From: Rhodosorus marinus CCMP1338
Taxonomy: Eukaryota; Plantae; Rhodophyta
Length of the DNA stretch: 64,000 bases
Assembly: GCA_029953675.1 (NCBI GenBank)
Contig: JAMWBK010000002.1
Location: forward strand, 1 to 64,000
Direction: 5' to 3'
Positions within the stretch are counted from its first letter, which is position 1; each line of letters begins with the position of its first letter. Below, one piece after another: positions 56,901-64,000 of this stretch. A program made the translations under genes and the position numbers. Below the pieces are notes generated by a model. That model saw only the letters and a program-made list of their open reading frames with translations. It searched no databases and was not told the origin of the DNA.

Positions 56901-57804
56901 ACCAGGCGATAATAGCGAACAGTTCTTCCCGCTGATCAGCATAGACAGTATTTACGTCGTTCTAGATGGGGCACCAGAGAACTCAGGCAAACGAGTTGAT
57001 ATTATACATCAGGCCACTTCTGGGATAGTTCGAGCGATGGAGAACCCAGACTACAAGACCGGAAAGGACTCAATGCACCCCTACAGCACGAAGAAGTTTA
57101 CGCACGCGGACCGCAACCTACGGTTCATCTACAAAGGCGCAGCTCCTCCAGATGAGCACGAGAAGGTCAAGAGCTGGATGCATTCTACGAACATCGCGCT
57201 GAAGGCAGATCTCGGCAGCGCAAATACGTACCTGAGGGTAAGTCCCTTCAGCAACTACAGGGTTGCGGCAGATATAAGCCTACTCGAGCAGGTGGACAAC
57301 GTTCGAGTGTACTTCACGGGATACTACGTACCAGCCGCGGACTTTCACATAGCGCCGATCTCTAGTCTCCCCGATCCCGTCTTTTGCTCCTCGACCATTG
57401 GAAAGTCAACATCTACCACTCATCCATCAAGCAAAAACTTGTCCGTTGAGGAAGCAAAGGGATTGAAGTGTTCGTCATACTCCGTATCAGCGGAGCGCCT
57501 GGACGATTACGTCAAGAAGGATGGGACCCGGACCAAGGCATGCAAAATTAGCATCAAGTACCCTACCGAAAACCAACCGAAGCTTCCAGAGAAGATCCGA
57601 GTCGAGTGGGAGTGGGCTGAATATCACGACGACATCGATGGCGAGCATAGCAACGGAATTACGATGGCCATCAACGCCTCCAAAGCCATATTGAGTATCA
57701 AGCATACATACGGTAAACCGCCGCCCACGGAAACGGTTTTGCTGACGAAAACGTGTCCCTCCAAACTTCGAGTAGCTAGCACCTACCCTGACGACTGCCA
57801 ATAA
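53968..57804 (+). CDS. Large secreted Gly-rich/helical protein, putative Tc(TcA)-like toxin-fold protein, paralogue 2
   Basis: Intact ORF (first ATG 53968; the ORF track starts at TTG 53959). Hydrophobic N-terminus and the same domain order as 9214-13137, with shared blocks CDGWGLSS, YAPYFYILDF, CWEKA, DTLQMWV, YLMMG, YWGPIELN, FFPLISIDSIY, YLRVSPFSNYR. Confidence 0.85.
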   Translation: MLRLKMLQAAVCCATVLWVSMHPGVVGGVVTNPSSTDACDGWGLSSEICAMAVDIKYSVVTTDSQSTVKIYAPYFYILDFTKNDTDTTMFMGTNTTVHIYGFYVLIKGKAGVSANIRGSNLIILASIIDVQTDGSFSLDMRGPPREVDPPLVPHKIPPPPPRERFLGQQGINGTQGAPGLPGTEGWPGGTVVFVSKQLNLTSLHQGGHKMLFLDDGSPGTPGGKGGPGQQGGQGSDGISCSFHRTASGSSNDRNCCYECDPMDIHPFNGYKRCRSYQAGKAGSGGPGGPGGPGGDGGPPGWLSVYANSAGEAGGKPISNEEALKILESSSNYGQGGSGGLGGDGGGGGVNKPDALCTTYKKDNFFWVEYKGDKAVKPVGVQGSQGSQGAKGKDSGWTRPTFIRATTNATGHPSDLNKFENPQQWADFDPEPAEYLQFGLELSENMLNSLAFMDDDEAAQNAYSIILQSVSDIMYNAQLWANRANPEDKKVFSSYVNKARTLIKSINRVSTPSGSSLGEVSVKSFESQLDDLDSFRVLAQEVEGYYDEYAKNVNDTKTSEKILAESTKSSLVGVQAQTRLQNELLTALQQMNKTLDEVALNIHLVQMKLGDSEFELDACWEKAQAILKFKTMMEFVSFFTSVADFGFGATKLLGKASDVLSKDEGWFKGIEAASGYKFAYIPGMINNLEKLIPGTGQSANWAPYESSMKLISGDQSSLDGYTGDLQNVLAGIYRAKDYDDAQGVYEKMKKAQDDYKNAKINMAKSEITNKVNGMKSACPGQAQNFFRNFDTLQMWVNQRNDLLAVYTAIKVYFDRVTAKKLYLRNVAQRLLTQLQQNIVNPASIAVATVHQETYNMMVDEFSKKLGLVLNARSYLMMGADKDTLPKLAFANCRWETSILKNSGNMFFKCSADAILQLKNSLSHWHTSVYTEKQLAHWLSYWGPIELNEKTVGAGRWQDFKTTGIINFCMDPTEPIFNRGPGDNSEQFFPLISIDSIYVVLDGAPENSGKRVDIIHQATSGIVRAMENPDYKTGKDSMHPYSTKKFTHADRNLRFIYKGAAPPDEHEKVKSWMHSTNIALKADLGSANTYLRVSPFSNYRVAADISLLEQVDNVRVYFTGYYVPAADFHIAPISSLPDPVFCSSTIGKSTSTTHPSSKNLSVEEAKGLKCSSYSVSAERLDDYVKKDGTRTKACKISIKYPTENQPKLPEKIRVEWEWAEYHDDIDGEHSNGITMAINASKAILSIKHTYGKPPPTETVLLTKTCPSKLRVASTYPDDCQ

Positions 57805-58211
57805 ACATGGTGCTGTTCAAAGCTGTCCCTAAATACCGACCCATCACCAAATATGAATCATCAACCCGCTATCTTTGGTAGCAACTCAACGCCTACCTCG
57901 CCCTTCCGTGCTCTGTGGCTTCACCTGCATGGGACGCAAATCCACCGTTCTTAGCCTTCAACCGGGACAAAAGCGCGCTGAACTTTTTGAATGAATGTTT
58001 TCTTATTCGAAGACTGAGTAGAAGGCCTTCGGTTTTGGCCCACACTCGCCATCGCCGCCTGGGCTTGCACGTTTTTTACCCTCCTACAGTCCCTGTGACG
58101 TCCTGACATGACATCTGGCTCAACGTATCGGTGAGCTAAAAATAACCATCGTGCATACACATTATAGTACGGCCTAGATGGCCGACTGTTGGCTTACGTT
58201 AGTCTGGGGTT

Positions 58212-58381
58212 TGAGACACCATCAAGACATCACCGGTCTTGAGGTAAAAGTGGTTGAGCAGCAGGTTCGACTGCCCTGCCGATGGGGAGGACTTGGGTTT
58301 GCTCTGCGGACGCGGCTCCAACCGGTAGCATTTCACGCTGGGTGGAAACAGAGTCTTGAGGAGAATATTACACAGTCTTGT
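58212..58381 (+). mobile_element. Internal family C-related RT-thumb fragment bracketed by telomere-like motifs
   Basis: RHHQDITG..QVRLPCRWGGLG similar to 18425-18595. Motif tracts at 58194-58211 and 58382-58395. Confidence 0.85.
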
Positions 58382-58497
58382 GGTTACGTTAGTCTCGGCT
58401 AAGAGATTTGCCACAATTAGTCTGGGGTTGGACTTTGGAGTTTATCGTGGTGATAAAGTTACGCTTTCATTCTTTCTACGAACGCTTATCGAGTGAT

Positions 58498-60018
58498 ATG
58501 ACTACTCTCGAGCCCGTGCCTCCGGATGGGGGGGGCTTTTGCACAGACGCAACGATGGAAGACCTCCCGGCCGTTAGCCTGAGGGCAGACGGACCCGAGC
58601 CTCTGCCAGTACCTGTTTCTGAGCCTACAACTGCATCTGCACTTGACAACGACGTACCTACTCCCTTGGCAATTGACCTGAGCTGCGGAGCGCTGAAGCT
58701 GCATCTCGACGCGCCCAAGCATAAGACCCCGCTCTACAATGGGCTTATGCTGCGGTTTATGGGTCTCTTAGCCCAGGCACACGCCAATGGCACCGAGGCT
58801 CAACTCCTTCACAATCTGACTACGACGCCACAACAAGCTGCACCGAGGGCACAACGCCCCCTCCCTGTCTACGAACCAGCAAACTACGCCACTGCAGCAG
58901 CCCGCCCGCGATCTCCCGAGACACGTGATCTCGATTCCAATGCATTCCCAGATCTCGCAACGGCCAATGAGCAAGCACGGACAAGGACTCGAGCTCAACC
59001 TCAACCAATGAGCTGGACGACACGTGTCCGCGCCAACCAGATCCCAGCAGCTGCCAATCGCTCGTTTTTCGCGAGCATTCATGGGCTGCAGTACCAGAGC
59101 CAGAAGGACGTTGATGCATTTGTGCTACTCAATGCTCGACCTCGGGACTCCACCAGAAGCAAGGCCCATCATGCTTGGGATATCGAGCGCCTAGCCGGCC
59201 TTCAGAAAAATTCGCTGCTCCAGCTGGACTACTTTGATCATCATGTACACGTCATCGCTCATCATACCGCCTTCCAACTACTCCGCGACGCTACCAACGC
59301 AGGGGCCTTCGAACCCACCAGAGGAGCACACCTGCCTCCTGATCAACGTATCCAAGCTGTCAAGCTCTCTCCAACGTCACACGAATACCTGAGCATGAGG
59401 GAAAAGCTCCGTCACCAACCGGCAGACTATCCCCGCGCTGCACTGATCCACAACCTGCTCCGCTACCGACGGATCCAGCGGATTGTTACAAATCGCAGGA
59501 GTCTCCCACCCAACAACCGAGAGGCACTCCTGGGCCACGTCAGGGCCGAGCTCGATCGCACCCTGGCCAGCCTCCACGCTCAAGCTCAACGAGCACCCGA
59601 CAGTTGCCTGCGCGTGCCATTCTCCGACCCTGAGCTTCCAGAGCACTCGACAACAACCGAGCGCAGAGAGCCACGCTCTCTGGACCGAACCCGGGTAGCT
59701 GACCCTCAACCGGCGGCACTGGAGAGGGAGAGTGCGGAACCCCTCGCAGCGACTACGCATAGCGCTGATTCTGCCCAAGTCCCAGCCGCTCGGGAGGACA
59801 ACACGCATGAGACGCCTGCCGCGACAGCCCGTGATCCACTAGACTCGGAGCCTGACCCCTCCACCACTAGCGATCAACCAGTGACCCCTGCAGAGCCGAT
59901 GCAAGGACTTTCGACGGCCCAAGACAAGAGACAAGTGGCTCCACCCACTAAGCGCCCTAAGCCTGCCAACGCCGTCGACGACCTCACGCCCGACTCCCTC
60001 TCGTCGACTCAATCATGA
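58498..60018 (+). CDS. Family D ORF1 (gag-like, homologous to family A ORF1)
   Basis: Open frame (ATG 58498). LLNARPR...LDYFDHHVHVIAHH..FQLLRDA..GAF aligns with family A LRNVRPP...VDFIASHACLLSH..IPILQSA..GVF. ATGA overlap with ORF2. Confidence 0.75.
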   Translation: MTTLEPVPPDGGGFCTDATMEDLPAVSLRADGPEPLPVPVSEPTTASALDNDVPTPLAIDLSCGALKLHLDAPKHKTPLYNGLMLRFMGLLAQAHANGTEAQLLHNLTTTPQQAAPRAQRPLPVYEPANYATAAARPRSPETRDLDSNAFPDLATANEQARTRTRAQPQPMSWTTRVRANQIPAAANRSFFASIHGLQYQSQKDVDAFVLLNARPRDSTRSKAHHAWDIERLAGLQKNSLLQLDYFDHHVHVIAHHTAFQLLRDATNAGAFEPTRGAHLPPDQRIQAVKLSPTSHEYLSMREKLRHQPADYPRAALIHNLLRYRRIQRIVTNRRSLPPNNREALLGHVRAELDRTLASLHAQAQRAPDSCLRVPFSDPELPEHSTTTERREPRSLDRTRVADPQPAALERESAEPLAATTHSADSAQVPAAREDNTHETPAATARDPLDSEPDPSTTSDQPVTPAEPMQGLSTAQDKRQVAPPTKRPKPANAVDDLTPDSLSSTQS

Positions 60019-63000
60019 GCAGCTCCTCAGACGAATATACTCCGAACCGCTCTCGCTCATCCCGCCGTGCTCGTGCTCGTCGCCAACGACCTCCCACTTC
60101 GACGCAGTCACTCTTCGAGACCGACTCGAACGCCTGGCTCTCGTCTCTGCACGACTTCACTCTCAACGTAACCGATAATGGCAACCGCTGGTGGCAGCTG
60201 ACTCAGGCTCCGACGCCTACTCGCCAATTCGTCCCCGATAACCTGAAAACACGCTGGAACCATCTCATGTCGAAAGCCCTGGAACTTGCCCTTGATACGT
60301 CAGCGCCGAACCTGTCACGCCTGTTCATCTTCGCTCTCCCTAGTCTCGCACTCGGCTACACACGCGACCTGGCCCCTTCTGCGCAGATGCTCGCCGTTAT
60401 GGACGGAAGGTTCTCCACGGTGTGGGAACACCTTACTGCTCACAGCAAAACCCTTGACACCAACTGTATCGTACCTCCGCCGCCTCAGACCCGCCACCGA
60501 CAGAAACGAGCCCTACAACTCGCCAAAGCTCAACGTATGTCCCAGTCTAGCCAACTCCTACTGGCCACCGATCTTGCCTCGAAGACTCCTGCCACCTGGC
60601 GCGTTCTGACTACGCTCTTCCCTGAGTACGAGGCCGCAACACTCTCCTCGGAGCTTGAAGACGCCCTACAGGCAAAGCTCAACGGACTGCAACGCAAGAT
60701 ATGGAACCCGACTTTGGCCTCTGACGAGAGCCTCCTGTCAACGCTGGAACACCTACCGTACGCCACAGCCCCCGGGCCGAGTGGACTCAAAGCCGAACAT
60801 CTGCGAAGTCTCACCATGACAACGCAACCGGTACTTGTACGCTTCCTTCGCAAGCTTGCCACCACTCCGGAGAGCTTCCCTGACGTGTTTCTCGAAGCCA
60901 TGCGCAGCAACCGACTCCTCGCGAAAGACAAGCGAACGTCTGCCGAAGCTAGACAAGGGTACCCTCTTCGCCTACGACCGCTAGGGATTCCTGAGGTACT
61001 GCGGAAGGCCGTCACCCAATGGACACTTCGCGCTGTCGCCACGCCCCTTCGCGACTTTCTGCTCCCGGAACAACTCGGCATCTCGGTCAGCGGCGGCTGC
61101 GAACACGCCATCCACCTCGCGGAAGCCCACCTCGCAGCGCGCCCAAATGACGTGCTCCTCAAACTTGATCTCGCAAACGCGTTCAACAGAATCGACCGAC
61201 GCCTCGCAAACCGTATCATCGAGCTAGCTTTCCCCGAATTGAAGTCGCTTATGACAATGAGCTACGGACCACGAGGCGAGAGCGCCCCACGCCAATTCGG
61301 ATGGCGAGACAGCGATGTCGATGACTGGCTCCAGCTCCGAGCCTGGACTGGAGTCCAACAAGGCGATCCGTTCTGACCTGCTTTACACGCGCTCGCCCTT
61401 TCCCCACTCCTACGAGCACTACGAGACCGGTTTCCGAGGATCACCCTTAGCGCAATCCACGACGACCTCACCTTACTTGGCCCTCTGAAGGACGTGAAAG
61501 AAGCGCTACACTGGAGCGAGCACCACCTCCCCGAAATAGGCGCACAACTTCAAAGGACGAAATGCGAGCTTTTTGGACTCCAACTGCCGACGACCAGACT
61601 CGTCAACAGGGAAATTCCCGACGTACATGTCACCCGGGACGGAATCCAACTTTATTCCATCCCTATTGGCACACGGACCTACGTCCAAGACGCGAACAGG
61701 AAGCTACAACGAGAACATGAAAAACTCGTCCAAGAGGTCATCCGTCTACCGACCACTGAGCTACCAATTAAACTGTGCCTATTCCGCTACTGCGCAGGAC
61801 CGCGTCTAGACTTTGCTCTACGCACGCTCGCCCTACAATACGGAGCCACTCTCGCACGCGAAGCCGATCGCATCTCGCTCCTGGAACTCGACAAACTGTG
61901 CGGCTCGCTCCTCGAAGGCCAGGGCCTCACAGGACCCGCAAAAGACGTGGTCGAAGCGCAGATCCAGCTCCCTTGCCGATGGGGTGGCGCAGGCCTAGCG
62001 ATGAGAACACGAATACAACCCCTCGCCTTCTTCAGCAGTTGGCGACAGACTCTGAAGCTCAATTGGACTGGATCTAGCCACCTAGGAGCGCTACTCGATG
62101 CCTGCACATCGACGAACCTGACCGAGCACCACCACATTCGACCCCTGCTCCACTCGACGGATCAACTTGGAGCACAACTAATCGAAGCGAGCCTCCACTC
62201 AAAACGCTGCCTGGCACGAGGAACACCGGCCCCCATACTCCGCCTAACAGAATGGCAATCGTTGGAGAGCCAAGAACAAGCAGAGAACCCGCACACACCA
62301 CCCGACAGGCCCTTGATCGGTTCAACCCAAAAACTCCTCTCCAACTGGAGTCACCGACGGGCATTCGAGGAAATGGTGGAGAACGCGGAGATCAGCGAGA
62401 CGGCACGTGCGCGAATACGCTCCTGCAAGGGATCAGGAGGCGGTACTTGGCTGCGAGACTTGCCAAGGAAACACGGACGCGGCCTAAGTAGCGGAGAACT
62501 GAACCTGAGCTTTCGACAACTGTTGGGATTGCCCCTGCCGAGCGTACGAATACTTAGTACGTGTACGATATGTTCCCAACCACACGACGCTGCAGGCATT
62601 CAACGCCTCACCACTGCACCAGCTCTACCGGGAGCTGGACAATTCGGCATAACATGGTCAGGGACGCCCTGGCGACAGTGCTGAGACAATGGCGACTAGA
62701 AGTGACAATAGAACCGACCGGACACTACCAAGGCAGTCGGCTTCGGCCTGACATTCTAGCCCGACACCCACGAACAGGCAAGCTCTACGTGATCGATGTG
62801 AAGGTGACCTCGCCTTTGCAAAGAACACACCTACACAAAGCGTCTTGGGAGACCGGGTATGCGGCACGGAAAGCGGAAAAGTTTAAAGAGTCCAAATACC
62901 GTGACAGTATCGGAGAACATAACGACGACATCTTCGTCCCCTTCTGCCTGGAAACATTTGGGCAGATGGGACAACAAGCGAATGAGTTCCTCAAGGAAGC

Positions 63001-63166
63001 GACTATACACCTGGATCAGCGGGCAACGCAAGTAAGTGAGGCTCGGGCGATCTTGAACCGCACTTTGTGGAAAGGAAACGCTATCCTTGCCACCCAGGCT
63101 CGTCGTGTCGACGAAGCAGACTATGACATCGTCCTTATCTTAGAACGTAGCCACACAACCCATTAG
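60015..63166 (+). pseudogene. Family D ORF2 (RT-CCHC-RLE) with one nonsense codon and one frameshift
   Basis: APGPSGLKAEHL, KLDLANAFN, TGVQQGDPF*P (TGA 61374-61376), AIHDDL, LPCRWGG, CTICSQPH, frameshift near 62610, LRPDILARHP..YVIDVKV. Confidence 0.9.
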
Positions 63167-63339
63167 GGGTTTCTTTGCTGACCAATAGGATCCTTATTGC
63201 TTCTTAATGGGCTCCAATAGGGAGTTCTTCAGTAAAGTGTACGCGGTTACGTTAGTCTGCATTTCGCATGAACACCGGACGCGAATTCGATCGGCCGCCG
63301 GGTCAGGTTCGGGGATATGGCTGCGGGAGCTGCCGCTGC

Positions 63340-64000
63340 TGGAGCCCAAAAAGCTGACATCGAACCAATTACAGGTAAATGTCCGTCAACTCTTGGGATT
63401 GCCGATCCCTGGATTAAGGACGACGGAGAAGTGTAGCAGTTGTCGGCGTCCCCACGGTGCCAATGGGGTACAACGCTTTCAACACTGCCCTACGTCAACT
63501 GGGCTATGGCAGAGGAGACACGATGAGATCTGCACGGAATTGGCGAGATGGCTGAACCGTTGGAACTTTTTAGACATACAACAGGAGCCTACATCCTATT
63601 TCGAGAACTACCAGCTACGACCAGATATTATCGCGACCCACCCGAAGACGTTCCAGAGGTACGCTCTGGACGTGACGGTGACTTCACCGCTCCAGGATAA
63701 GTACTTGAGGCGCGGGAGTGGGGAGAGCGGGTATGCAGCGAAGATGGCGGAGAATTATAAATTGGCACACTACAAGGAAGCAATGGCGGTGGAGAAACCC
63801 AGCGACAAATTCGTCCCGATTGCGATTGAGACGTTTGGGCGGACAGGGAAGTTGGCACAAGATTTTTTACGGGATGGCTGCAAGCACCTCCTACATCGTA
63901 GCGAGGAGTTGAGCGACGTACGCGCTCAGCTAAACAGGCACCTTTGGCAGGGGAACGCAGAAGTCGCACTAGGCGCTCTGCGTGTGGACCAGCTGGACAA
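63340..64000 (+). mobile_element. Family A-related CCHC/RLE fragment, frameshifted, running off the window
   Basis: NVRQLLGLPIPG, CSSCRRPH..FQHCPTSTGLWQRRHDE, LRPDIIATHP, DKFVPIAIETFGR. Confidence 0.85.

Larger units (their letters stand above)
58430..63250 (+). mobile_element. Apparently full-length family D CRE-like element (two ORFs)
   Basis: Starts after TTAGTCTGGGGTT (58417-58429) and ends CAGTAAAGTGTACGCGGTTAC followed by GTTAGTCTG. Confidence 0.9.

Noticed and set aside
3558-63259. Recurrent short repeat separated by unique-looking sequence, resembling a CRISPR array
   Set aside because: Spacing is irregular (tens of bp to kilobases), the intervening sequences are retroelement fragments, no cas-like ORFs are present and the context is eukaryotic.

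Overview
Eukaryotic nuclear DNA (GT-AG introns with CTRAC branch points; lineage not identifiable from sequence alone). About 70% of the window is a mosaic of at least six families (here called A-F) of CRE-clade-like non-LTR retrotransposons: an RT followed by a CCHC knuckle and a PD-(D/E)xK restriction-like endonuclease (RLE), with a separate ORF1 in A and D. Families A, C and D end in a conserved structured tail (...TAAAG...GG[T/G]TAC, C ending GGGGTAAC) and are repeatedly joined to the next element through 1-2 units of a 16-nt G-rich motif, GGGGTTACGTTAGTCT. I interpret this motif as an undescribed telomeric repeat, which would make the window a subtelomeric array of telomere-targeted retrotransposons with polarity switches. 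Nested inside are a Gypsy-type element and a second-family solo LTR stacked at one 5-bp site, an integrase-deleted Copia with near-identical LTRs, and another Gypsy remnant. Host-type genes are two intact, divergent, intronless ~1300-aa secreted paralogues (Gly-rich region, long helical region, and a C-terminal beta domain reminiscent of Tc/TcA-type toxins) and a five-exon secreted Cys-rich modular protein that the ORF track fragments. No rRNA, tRNA gene or CRISPR array was found. All family, fold and function assignments come from visual motif recognition and need database confirmation.
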